A stretch of 64,000 nt of DNA from Escherichia phage CJ20. Position 1 is the first letter of the stretch. Each line of letters begins with the position of its first letter. A program made the position numbers and the translations under genes. Positions 53,495-64,000 of the stretch are shown here, one piece after another. The notes beneath the pieces are model-generated. The model saw only the letters and a program-made list of their open reading frames with translations. It was not told the DNA's origin and ran no database searches. The stretch lies in sequence record MT533174.1. One strand, written 5' to 3'.

Positions 53495-53531
53495 GGTCCC
53501 ATACTGAGTTACCAAATAACTGGAGAATAAA

Positions 53532-53771
53532 ATGAAATTACAACGTGAGAGCATCAAAGATTCAGAAGTTAAAGGTAAATGGTACTTCACAATCCAGGGT
53601 AACAATCCAGAAGCTCTGGAAAAAGCTGAACAAGCTTTGTGTGAAATGGGTTGGAAAGATGAGTGTGATGGTTGTCCTCTTTATGAAGATGGCAGCTCGT
53701 CTGGTTTCTGGATTCACCACTCTGATGTTGACCAATTTAAAGCTGACTGGAAAGTTGCTAAGAAAGCGTGA
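53532..53771 (+). CDS. Hypothetical protein (79 aa)
   Basis: SD GGAGAATAAAATG; contains CDGC. Confidence 0.45.
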   Translation: MKLQRESIKDSEVKGKWYFTIQGNNPEALEKAEQALCEMGWKDECDGCPLYEDGSSSGFWIHHSDVDQFKADWKVAKKA

Positions 53772-53781
53772 GGAAAATATA

Positions 53782-54119
53782 ATGCTTGCTGAATACACTT
53801 GTTTTGCTAAAGATGATGCACATCCTGAACTGATTCTTGAAGTTAAGGTTAATACTCTTGAACAAAAATTTGATTGGAGCCTTTACATCTATCCTAAAAA
53901 TAATATTGATGGTCCACAGAAATATACGCTTAATGACAAGTGCATTAGTGGTATCATTGGATATGGTACAAGTGAAAGCAAATATTCATTAGAAGATATT
54001 CGCCAATCACGTTGCGCGGTATCATATTTTGATACAGATACAATTAAACATCTTTACAAATTGATTCTCGATATTCGCAAAGATTTTACTGCCATTAAAA
54101 AGACAGTTAAGGAATTAAA

Positions 54120-54123
<4 letters not shown>
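53782..54123 (+). CDS. Hypothetical protein (113 aa)
   Basis: ATG 53782 after SD GAGGAAAATATA; the longer track ORF from 53545 overlaps the previous gene and is not used. Confidence 0.45.
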
Positions 54124-55785
<1,662 letters not shown>

Positions 55786-55845
55786 TGCAAATTCAAATTG
55801 CTGGCATTTTATTTTTGGTCGTAATGGTCAGACTTAACTTCCTTC

Positions 55846-55853
55846 TATAAATA
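55846..55853 (+). promoter_or_regulatory. Late promoter box TATAAATA upstream of nrdA
   Basis: Exact consensus 64 nt before nrdA ATG; followed by 9-bp-stem hairpin 55867-55896. Confidence 0.4.
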
Positions 55854-55866
55854 CGATTCCGCTCCA

Positions 55867-55896
55867 GGGGTCATGTGTTAGTATAAGCATGACCCC
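55867..55896 (+). other. Leader hairpin GGGGTCATG-(12 nt)-CATGACCCC
   Basis: Perfect 9-bp inverted repeat in the td-nrdA intergenic region. Confidence 0.5.
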
Positions 55897-55916
55897 ATTT
55901 TATAACAGAGGAAAAC

Positions 55917-58172
55917 ATGCAAGTACAAAAAAGTAGTGGCGTATCTCAAGATTTTGATGGCCAGAAAATTATTAAAGTTCTTTCCTGGTCATGTGAAGGA
56001 ACCAATATCGACCCGTATGAATTATACGAAACAATCAAACCACATCTGCGCGATGGTATGACTACTCGTGATATTCAGACGGTTATCATCAAAGTGTCTG
56101 CTGGGCTTATCTCGGTTGAAGAACCAGATTACCAATACGTTGCAGCGAAGGCTACGATGTTTGCTCTGCGTAAAGATGTTTATGGCCAGTTTGAGCCACG
56201 TTCTTTTATTGACCAGATTTCTTATTGTGTTAATGAAGGCAAATATGACCCGGAGCTGTTGTCAAGCTACTCGGCTGAAGAGATTACTTATCTGGAATCT
56301 CGTATCAAGCACGAACGCGATTTTGACCTGACTTATGCAGGCGCGATGCAGTTGAAAGAGAAATACCTGGTTAAAGATAAAACCACTGGGAAAATCTACG
56401 AGACTCCACAATTCGCTATCATGGCTATCGGAATGGCACTGCACCAGGATGAACCAACGGACCGTCTGAAGCACGTTTGCCGTTTTTATGATGCAGTATC
56501 CACTCGACAGGTTTCGTTGCCTACACCTATCATGGCGGGCGCCAGAACACCTACCAGGCAGTTCAGTTCCTGCGTGGTTATCGAAGCTGCTGACTCCCTG
56601 AAGTCAATCAATAAGACTGCCAATTCAATCATCGAATATATCAGTAAGCGTGCGGGTATCGGCATCAACGTTGGTATGATTCGTGCCGAAGGTTCGAAAA
56701 TCGGTATGGGTGAAGTCAAGCATACTGGTGTTATTCCGTTCTGGAAACATTTCCAAACGGCTGTTAAATCCTGTTCACAAGGTGGAATCCGTGGCGGCGC
56801 TGCTACTGCTTATTATCCTATTTGGCATTTGGAAGTTGAAAATTTACTCGTTCTGAAGAACAACAAAGGCGTTGAAGAAAACCGTATCAGGCATATGGAC
56901 TATGGTGTCCAGTTGAATAACCTGATGATGGAACGACTGGCCAAGAATGATTACATCACTCTGTTTAGTCCACACGAAGCTGGCGGTGAATTGTATTATT
57001 CATATTTTGATAACCCGGATAAATTCCGTGAGTTATATGAAGCCTTAGAAAAAGACCCGACAGTTCGTAAGAAACGTATCAAAGCAAAAGATGTATTTGA
57101 ATTATTCATGACCGAACGTTCCGGTACAGCCAGGGTTTATCCGCAGTTCGTCGATAACGTGAATGACTACACTCCGTTCATCCGCGATAAGGCTCCGATT
57201 CGTCAATCAAACCTTTGCTGCGAAATTGCAATCCCGACTACTGATGTGAACAGCGAAGACGCTGAAATCGGATTGTGCACCCTCTCTGCATTTGTTCTGG
57301 ATAGTTTTGACTGGCAGGACCAAGATAAGATTAACGAGCTAGCCGAAGTTCAAGTTCGTGCTCTTGATAATCTGTTGGACTACCAGGGTTATCCGGTTAA
57401 AGAAGCTCTGAAAGCCAAAAAACGCCGCAACCTGGGTGTTGGGGTTACTAACTATGCTGCATGGTTGGCAAGCAATTTCGCTTCCTACACTGATGCAAAC
57501 GATTTAACGCATGAACTGTTCGAGAGATTACAATATGGCCTTATCCGTGCATCAATCAAACTCGCCAAAGAAAAAGGACCTTGCGAATATTATTCAGACA
57601 CTCGTTGGGCTCGAGGCGAATTACCTATCGACTGGTACAATAAAAAGATTGACCAAATCGCAGCTCCAAACTACGTTTGTGACTGGGCGCAGTTGCGGGA
57701 AGACCTGGTTGCGCATGGCATCCGTAATAGCACATTATCAGCACTTATGCCTTGTGAGTCATCTTCCCAAGTTTCTAACAGTACAAACGGTATCGAACCT
57801 CCGCGTGGACCAGTCTCTATTAAAGAGTCAAAAGAGGGTTCCTTTAATCAAGTCGTGCCCAATATTGAGCACAATAAAGGATTGTACGATTACGCATGGG
57901 TGCTAGCTAAGCAAGGTAACAAACCTTATCTGACACAAGTCGCGATTATGTTGAAATGGATTTGTCAGTCAGCATCAGCCAATACATATTATGACCCGCA
58001 GAATTATCCGAAAGGAAAAGTTCCGATGTCAGTTATGCTTGACGACCTGATGTACTTCTGGTATTTTGGTGGAAAAAACCTTTATTATCATAACACTCGA
58101 GATGGTTCCGGAACAGACGATTACGAAATCGAAGCTCCTAAAGCAGAAGACTGCTCCGCCTGTAAACTTTGA
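55917..58172 (+). CDS. nrdA: Ribonucleotide reductase large subunit NrdA
   Basis: 751 aa; N-terminal ATP-cone; class I RNR active-site region NLCCEI. Confidence 0.95.
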   Translation: MQVQKSSGVSQDFDGQKIIKVLSWSCEGTNIDPYELYETIKPHLRDGMTTRDIQTVIIKVSAGLISVEEPDYQYVAAKATMFALRKDVYGQFEPRSFIDQISYCVNEGKYDPELLSSYSAEEITYLESRIKHERDFDLTYAGAMQLKEKYLVKDKTTGKIYETPQFAIMAIGMALHQDEPTDRLKHVCRFYDAVSTRQVSLPTPIMAGARTPTRQFSSCVVIEAADSLKSINKTANSIIEYISKRAGIGINVGMIRAEGSKIGMGEVKHTGVIPFWKHFQTAVKSCSQGGIRGGAATAYYPIWHLEVENLLVLKNNKGVEENRIRHMDYGVQLNNLMMERLAKNDYITLFSPHEAGGELYYSYFDNPDKFRELYEALEKDPTVRKKRIKAKDVFELFMTERSGTARVYPQFVDNVNDYTPFIRDKAPIRQSNLCCEIAIPTTDVNSEDAEIGLCTLSAFVLDSFDWQDQDKINELAEVQVRALDNLLDYQGYPVKEALKAKKRRNLGVGVTNYAAWLASNFASYTDANDLTHELFERLQYGLIRASIKLAKEKGPCEYYSDTRWARGELPIDWYNKKIDQIAAPNYVCDWAQLREDLVAHGIRNSTLSALMPCESSSQVSNSTNGIEPPRGPVSIKESKEGSFNQVVPNIEHNKGLYDYAWVLAKQGNKPYLTQVAIMLKWICQSASANTYYDPQNYPKGKVPMSVMLDDLMYFWYFGGKNLYYHNTRDGSGTDDYEIEAPKAEDCSACKL

Positions 58173-58210
58173 TATAATTATGCTCATGGATGAGCTATTG
58201 AGGAAATAAA

Positions 58211-59389
58211 ATGAGTACAGTTTTTAATACCACTCCAGTGGATGTTTTAGCTGAGCCGATGTTTTTTGGTTCAGGATTGGGGATTGCCCGTTATGATATC
58301 CAGCGCCATAAAGTTTTCGAAGAATTAACAGAAAAGCAATTATCATTCTTCTGGCGACCTGAGGAAGTAAACCTGATGATGGATGGAGCCCAATTTAATA
58401 AGCTTCCTGAACATCAACAAAATATTTTTACCAACAACCTGAAATACCAATCACTTCTGGATAGTATTCAGGGTCGTGCTCCAGCTGCAGCATTAGCCGC
58501 ATTAGTTTCTGACCCGAGTCTTGATACATGGATTCAGACCTGGACATTCAGCGAGACAATTCACTCTCGTTCTTATACGCACATAATGCGAAATCTCTAT
58601 ACGGACCCGGCGAAGGTATTCGACGAAATCCTGTTAGATGATGCAATCATGAAGCGTGCAGAATCCATTGGTCATTACTATGATGATGTTCTGAATAAAA
58701 CTCGTCAATGGCAAAACCAGATTGCTTTTGTTGAACTGGCCAAAGAAACTCCCGAAGCGGACGAACGTTTGGAACGAGCTATCAAACAAGAAGCTATCGC
58801 CAAACGAGTATTGATGAAGTCTCTTTATCTCTGCCTGCATGTTATTAACGCGCTGGAAGCTATTCGTTTTTATGTATCTTTTGCATGTACTTTCAACTTC
58901 CATAAGAACATGGAAATCATGGAAGGTAACGCGAAGATAATGAAGTTCATCGCCCGTGATGAACAGCTCCATCTTAAGGGGACCCAATATATTCTTCGTC
59001 AGCTGCAGACTGGTGTTGACGGTGACGAATGGGTTAAAATTGCTCACGAATGTGAAGCAGAAGCCGCAGCTATTTTCATGGAAGTCAATCGCCAGGAAAA
59101 GGAATGGGCTGTACATCTGTTTAAAGATGGTGGACTCCCCGGGCTGAGCGTCGAGATTCTTAACCGGTTCATCGATTACCTGACGGTTTCTCGTATGAAG
59201 CAATGTGGTCTCCCGTGTGAAATCGTGTTAGAATCTACTAAGCACCCGATTCCATGGATTCGCGAATATCTTAACTCTGATAATGTGCAATCTGCACCAC
59301 AAGAAGTTGAGTTGTCTGCTTACCTGGTAGCCCAGATTGACAATGACGTCGATGAGAATGTTCTTGCTGGTTTCCGTAAATATCTATAA
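58211..59389 (+). CDS. nrdB: Ribonucleotide reductase small subunit NrdB, uninterrupted
   Basis: 392 aa continuous ORF with di-iron ligand motifs; no intron. Confidence 0.93.
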   Translation: MSTVFNTTPVDVLAEPMFFGSGLGIARYDIQRHKVFEELTEKQLSFFWRPEEVNLMMDGAQFNKLPEHQQNIFTNNLKYQSLLDSIQGRAPAAALAALVSDPSLDTWIQTWTFSETIHSRSYTHIMRNLYTDPAKVFDEILLDDAIMKRAESIGHYYDDVLNKTRQWQNQIAFVELAKETPEADERLERAIKQEAIAKRVLMKSLYLCLHVINALEAIRFYVSFACTFNFHKNMEIMEGNAKIMKFIARDEQLHLKGTQYILRQLQTGVDGDEWVKIAHECEAEAAAIFMEVNRQEKEWAVHLFKDGGLPGLSVEILNRFIDYLTVSRMKQCGLPCEIVLESTKHPIPWIREYLNSDNVQSAPQEVELSAYLVAQIDNDVDENVLAGFRKYL

Positions 59390-59391
59390 GG

Positions 59392-59411
59392 AAAGGGCTT
59401 CGGCCCTTTTT
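59392..59411 (+). terminator. Rho-independent terminator (AAAGGGC-TTCG-GCCCTTT + T run)
   Basis: Hairpin 3 nt after nrdB stop, TTTT tail. Confidence 0.65.
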
Positions 59412-59415
59412 GCCC

Positions 59416-59826
59416 ATGAAACAAATCGCTGATGAATACAGTTTTATAAAATACGCGGAGTTAGAGTTAGTCGATGGTAAAATCCCTATCCTTACTCTCG
59501 CAAACAAGAAAAATGTTATCTATGCTATTTCAGTTGATGATGAACTAGTGTATATTGGTAAGACGAACAACCTTAAGAAGCGTATCAACTATTACCGGAC
59601 TGCGATTAACCGAATCGACCAGACGAGTGATTCAAACAAATCCCGGATGATACATGAAGCTTTACAAGAAGGTAAAAAGGTGGTATTCTATGCACGACAA
59701 TGTTTCAATCTGTCAATGACCAATGAACTTGGCACAATGTCAGTCGAAACGATGTCTCTGGAAGAGCCGATGTTCATCAAGCTTTTTAATCCCCCGTGGA
59801 ATTACCAACATAAGGTGAAGAAATGA
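59416..59826 (+). CDS. denA: Endonuclease II DenA (GIY-YIG)
   Basis: 136 aa from ATG 59416; VIYAI...LVYIGKT..L.KRINYYR GIY-YIG core; matches remembered T4 DenA. Confidence 0.85.
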   Translation: MKQIADEYSFIKYAELELVDGKIPILTLANKKNVIYAISVDDELVYIGKTNNLKKRINYYRTAINRIDQTSDSNKSRMIHEALQEGKKVVFYARQCFNLSMTNELGTMSVETMSLEEPMFIKLFNPPWNYQHKVKK

Positions 59827-60959
59827 TTGAATTATATGATAACTTAATGAAGCTTTGCGCCGAATCCGATAAAGGTAAGTTTTTCTATACGGATTTTGTT
59901 TCTCCATTTGAAACTAAGTTCCGCATCTTCAGCTATAACTATGCTTCCTATAGTGATTGGCTTCTTGATGATGCACTGGAGTGTCGTGGCATTATGTTTG
60001 AAATGGATGACAATGGTCCAGTTCGCATTGCTGCCCGTCCTATGGAAAAATTCTTTAATCTGGGTGAGAACCCAATGACCATGGACCTTAACCTTGATGA
60101 AGTTGTCCTGGTTACTGCAAAAGCTGATGGTAGCTTGGTTTCTACTTATATGGACCAGACCAATATTGCTTTTAAATCCAAAGGGTCAATTAAAAGCTCC
60201 CAAGCTGCTGAATCTCTGCAGGTGTTTAAACAACCGCACCGTGAAGCGTTCAGGGCTCGTGTGACTGAAATCACTGAAGCTGGTTATACATGCAATATGG
60301 AATATGTTGCACCAACCAACCGCATTGTTTTGCCTTACCAGGAACGTGACCTGATTTTACTGAACGTTCGTCATAATGAAACTGGCGAATATATTCCTTA
60401 TCCTGAGCTGTTCAAAGATGCTGCACTCCGTCCTTTCCTGGTTGAAGCATATGACCTGGTGAGCATTGAGAATGTTCGTGGTATGAAAGAGATTGAAGGT
60501 TTCGTCTACGAGCTGGCAAGTGGTCAGAAGTTCAAGCTGAAAACAGAATGGTATTGTGCTCTGCACCATACTAAAGACTCCATTAATAATAATGAGCGCC
60601 TGTTTGAAGTTGTTGTTGCCGGCGGCGCAGATGATGTTATTGCCATGTTTACTGGTGATGATTATGCTCGCGAAAAAGTTAATGCCTTTACCATTGTACA
60701 TCTGGATTATCTGTCTAATACGCTGGGATTGTTGCTTGATGCCCAGAAACAGTTAGCAGGAAAAGACCGTCGCGAGTTTGCGATTAAAGGTCAAGAGTTG
60801 TGTAAACCATACCCGGGATTGTTCTCCGTATTAATGAACACATATCAACGCCCGCAGGAAACCGAACAAACGATTGCTCAAATCAATAAAGTTTTCCTTA
60901 AAAATCATAAACTTTACATTCCGTCGGACTACCAAGCGGAAGTAATCCTTCCTGAATAA
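59823..60959 (+). CDS. rnlA: RNA ligase 1 RnlA (gene 63)
   Basis: 378 aa; nucleotidyltransferase lysine motif TAKADGSLVSTY; N-terminus matches remembered T4 Rnl1. Confidence 0.9.
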   Translation: MIELYDNLMKLCAESDKGKFFYTDFVSPFETKFRIFSYNYASYSDWLLDDALECRGIMFEMDDNGPVRIAARPMEKFFNLGENPMTMDLNLDEVVLVTAKADGSLVSTYMDQTNIAFKSKGSIKSSQAAESLQVFKQPHREAFRARVTEITEAGYTCNMEYVAPTNRIVLPYQERDLILLNVRHNETGEYIPYPELFKDAALRPFLVEAYDLVSIENVRGMKEIEGFVYELASGQKFKLKTEWYCALHHTKDSINNNERLFEVVVAGGADDVIAMFTGDDYAREKVNAFTIVHLDYLSNTLGLLLDAQKQLAGKDRREFAIKGQELCKPYPGLFSVLMNTYQRPQETEQTIAQINKVFLKNHKLYIPSDYQAEVILPE

Positions 60960-60970
60960 TAAAAAAGGGG

Positions 60971-60999
60971 TGTACAAGCCCCTCCTTTCTATACATAAT
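60971..60999 (+). promoter_or_regulatory. Early sigma70-type promoter
   Basis: GGGGTGTACAAGCCCC hairpin containing TGTACA 60971-60976, CATAAT 60994-60999, leader CCATCAACTACTGATGAGGA 61004-61023. Confidence 0.5.
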
Positions 61000-61030
61000 G
61001 GTTCCATCAACTACTGATGAGGACTAAAAC

Positions 61031-61264
61031 ATGTTAAACTTAATTACAAATGAAAGAGTTACACAGGCATATGGTGACAGTAATGACGGAATCTATGTCT
61101 ACAAGGGAGACCGCCGGATTGGTTTCATTACTGACCTGAAGGCCAAATTGTTAAAAGAACTGAAAGCTCAAACAGGTGATTCTGGGTTTAGAGCAAGAGC
61201 CAAAAAGAAAGATGAACGCCTGGGTGCCAACTCTTTTGGTCCCCGGGGTTACAACCGCTACTAA
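61031..61264 (+). CDS. Truncated paralog of the Alc N-terminus (77 aa)
   Basis: N-terminal 45 aa (GDSNDGIYVYKGDRRIGFITDLKAKL) parallel Alc (GDRHDGIYVYKGTKKIGLMTDLRKKL) encoded immediately downstream. Confidence 0.5.
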   Translation: MLNLITNERVTQAYGDSNDGIYVYKGDRRIGFITDLKAKLLKELKAQTGDSGFRARAKKKDERLGANSFGPRGYNRY

Positions 61265-61277
61265 TGAGGAAAATATT

Positions 61278-61781
61278 ATGGATATGCAACTGATTTCAAA
61301 TGAAATGATTGTCAATGAATATGGTGACCGTCATGACGGAATTTATGTCTATAAAGGGACCAAGAAAATTGGTCTCATGACTGACTTGCGGAAAAAACTC
61401 GCCTCCAATAAAAAGTTGAAGGCGAAACAAAAAGAATATCGCGATAAAAAATCAGAAGAGCGGAAAGAAGCACTGCATGAATCTGTTCCTGAAATGGTTG
61501 ACTTCTTAAAGAACCATTTGGTTAAATATGATGCAGAAGTGTTCATCAATCAGACCCAACCTAATGTGCATATCAATGGATGTGTTTGTTATGTTGTGGT
61601 TGAACCCCTGACACTTCAACACCGCCTGGGAATTAAACACCCAGTGTTAACCCAGGATGATATGGCGGATGAAGTTGGTAATCAGTTCCGCATTTCAGCA
61701 TCTGACAGTACAAATCACATCCTCCTGAATGGTTTATCCCAGGATGATATTGTTGAGGTAATCATCAAGTTATGCAAATAA
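61278..61781 (+). CDS. alc: Alc, inhibitor of transcription on cytosine-containing DNA
   Basis: 167 aa from ATG 61278 (SD GAGGA); position between rnlA and pseT as in T4; sequence recalled as Alc-like. Confidence 0.8.
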   Translation: MDMQLISNEMIVNEYGDRHDGIYVYKGTKKIGLMTDLRKKLASNKKLKAKQKEYRDKKSEERKEALHESVPEMVDFLKNHLVKYDAEVFINQTQPNVHINGCVCYVVVEPLTLQHRLGIKHPVLTQDDMADEVGNQFRISASDSTNHILLNGLSQDDIVEVIIKLCK

Positions 61782-62125
61782 GTAATCTCACTGCAGGGCT
61801 TATGCTCGCCCTGATAGTAACTGCTGGTAGTGGTTTCTATCTAAAAGCAAAAGTGGATAATCTCAAGACAGCGGTGGCGGAAGTCACCAAAGTCGCAGAA
61901 GATAATGCGAAAAATCTGCAATCAGTAAAAGACCAGGTTAATCAAATTAATCTCCTTGACCAACAGCGCCAGGAATATGTTGAACTCCTGCAGAAGGAAA
62001 ATGATAAACTTCGCGCAGATGCAAAACGTGCTAAGGTTGTGGCTGCGAAGCCTAAATTAGTTGAAAAACAGATTAATCAGTCATTTGATAAGTTCGCCCA
62101 GGACTTCCAGGAGCTCACCAAATGA
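61772..62125 (+). CDS. Inner-membrane spanin (i-spanin, pseT.3-like)
   Basis: 117 aa; N-terminal transmembrane helix then coiled-coil; followed by lipoprotein partner. Confidence 0.7.
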   Translation: MQISNLTAGLMLALIVTAGSGFYLKAKVDNLKTAVAEVTKVAEDNAKNLQSVKDQVNQINLLDQQRQEYVELLQKENDKLRADAKRAKVVAAKPKLVEKQINQSFDKFAQDFQELTK

Positions 62126-62412
62126 TGAAATCTATCATGGCAGTATGTTTGGCTATTGGACTCGTTTCATGCGCCCAGAAGCCCGTTGTGGAGCCCACAA
62201 TCCAAGTTCATCCTAATTGGCCTGTTGCATTGGCTGATTACAAACAGCAATGGGAAGTTAAGGTAATTGATGGTCAAGTCTGGGTTGGTATGCCTTTTGA
62301 AGCATCGCAAGAATTCAGGATTTGGATGAATGATGTAAAAAGGTATGTACATGACCAAAAAGGTATGTTATGTTATTATCGTTCTGAACTAAAAGAGGAA
62401 CGTTGCAAATGA
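62122..62412 (+). CDS. Outer-membrane spanin lipoprotein (o-spanin, pseT.2-like)
   Basis: 96 aa; signal peptide with lipobox LVSC; ATGA overlap with i-spanin. Confidence 0.7.
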   Translation: MMKSIMAVCLAIGLVSCAQKPVVEPTIQVHPNWPVALADYKQQWEVKVIDGQVWVGMPFEASQEFRIWMNDVKRYVHDQKGMLCYYRSELKEERCK

Positions 62413-62516
62413 TTGAGTCTTGTATCGATGGGTCGGATGTCATTCTATTTGGCTTTACATGCTTTTGTTTTGGAATCGTGCTTAGCATGTGTATAAATGG
62501 TATTTTTGGAAAGTAG

Positions 62517-62545
62517 TTTACAAACTCTTGGGAGCAGAGTATAAT
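62517..62545 (+). promoter_or_regulatory. Early sigma70-type promoter with -10 inside hairpin loop
   Basis: TTTACA 62517-62522, TATAAT 62540-62545; hairpin GGGAGC(AGAGTATAAT)GCTCCT 62530-62551. Confidence 0.5.
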
Positions 62546-62573
62546 GCTCCTACGGATTATAAAATTTGAGGAA

Positions 62574-63058
62574 ATGACTATGACATTACGTGATAACAGT
62601 TTTGTGGCTAAGCCTGAATACATTTCAGGTGTTAAATCCCCTGCATTACAAAAGCTCTTAAAATTAGGGTCCTGTGCAAGTACACCAATTGAAAAGAAGG
62701 CAACTTTTGATTTTGCTTGGGCTATGGTGGACGGTATTGATGTAGTAAGACAGGTAACTTTTTATGCTCCGGGCGCTATTAAGCCTTCGCAAATTATTAA
62801 TCTGGATGGAAGTAATTATATTACTATTCAGCATTGGTATCGTATGATGCGACCTGTTTGGGAATACCCGGAATTTATTGAAGAATACAATGAAAAAGAA
62901 CGTATTCGTGAGCTAGTAAAAAGTTTTGAATACGCGGCTAAACGCCATGGTCAAATGCAATCTGCCGCTGCACTTGGTGATGTTTCTGAAAGTGCAGCTT
63001 ATGAAACTGGTAAAATCCTTAAAACCTGTCGCGAAGAACTTTATAAGGAGCTTGGCGT

Positions 63059-63062
<4 letters not shown>
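62574..63062 (+). CDS. Hypothetical protein (about 162 aa)
   Basis: Start taken at ATG 62574 (or 62580) after SD GAGGAA; track ORF start 62544 lies inside the promoter hairpin. Confidence 0.45.

Positions 63063-64000
<938 letters not shown>

Noticed and set aside
53545-53781. N-terminal extension of the track ORF 53545-54123
   Set aside because: It overlaps the preceding gene 53532-53771 in another frame over its whole length; a start at ATG 53782 with a good SD gives a non-overlapping gene.
62544-62573. Track start codon at 62544 for ORF 62544-63062
   Set aside because: That ATG is the ATG inside the -10/hairpin loop (TATAATGCTCC) of the promoter; the first ATG with a Shine-Dalgarno sequence is at 62574-62580.

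Overview
This window is a 64-kb segment of a T4-like (T-even type) lytic myovirus genome. It is collinear with the T4 map from gene 44 through the start of pseT, in the opposite orientation to the T4 reference. All homology calls rest on reading the translated ORFs against remembered T4/RB69 protein sequences and gene order; no database search was run. Layout: (1) 2-37582, + strand, early/middle genes: clamp loader 44/62, regA, DNA polymerase 43, imm, uvsX, 40, helicase 41, primase 61, dCTPase 56, soc, two ModA/ModB-type ADP-ribosyltransferases, dda, dexA, a single-ORF topoisomerase subunit 39, rIIA, rIIB, denB, ndd, stp, topoisomerase 52, motA, asiA. (2) 37579-48785, - strand, late genes: holin t, adhesin 38, long tail fibre genes 37, 36, 35, 34. 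(3) 48881-64000, + strand: rnh, dsbA, 33, 59, 32, frd, td, nrdA, nrdB, denA, rnlA, alc, spanin pair, 5' part of pseT. Between the conserved genes lie hyperplastic stretches of small ORFs of unknown function, usually preceded by a sigma70-type early promoter and a conserved leader motif. I recognised no rRNA, tRNA, CRISPR array, intron or homing-endonuclease gene. No single feature stands out as an unambiguous novel system; the strongest candidates are: an ART-motif ORF interrupted by an in-frame stop (9373-9894); a gene cassette bracketed by 35-bp direct repeats (10648-11049); promoter-hairpin cassettes with compensatory stem changes (21596, 32598, 62517); a truncated Alc paralog (61031-61264); and the absence of gene 42/beta-gt from their T4 position although dCTPase, alc, denA and denB are present.
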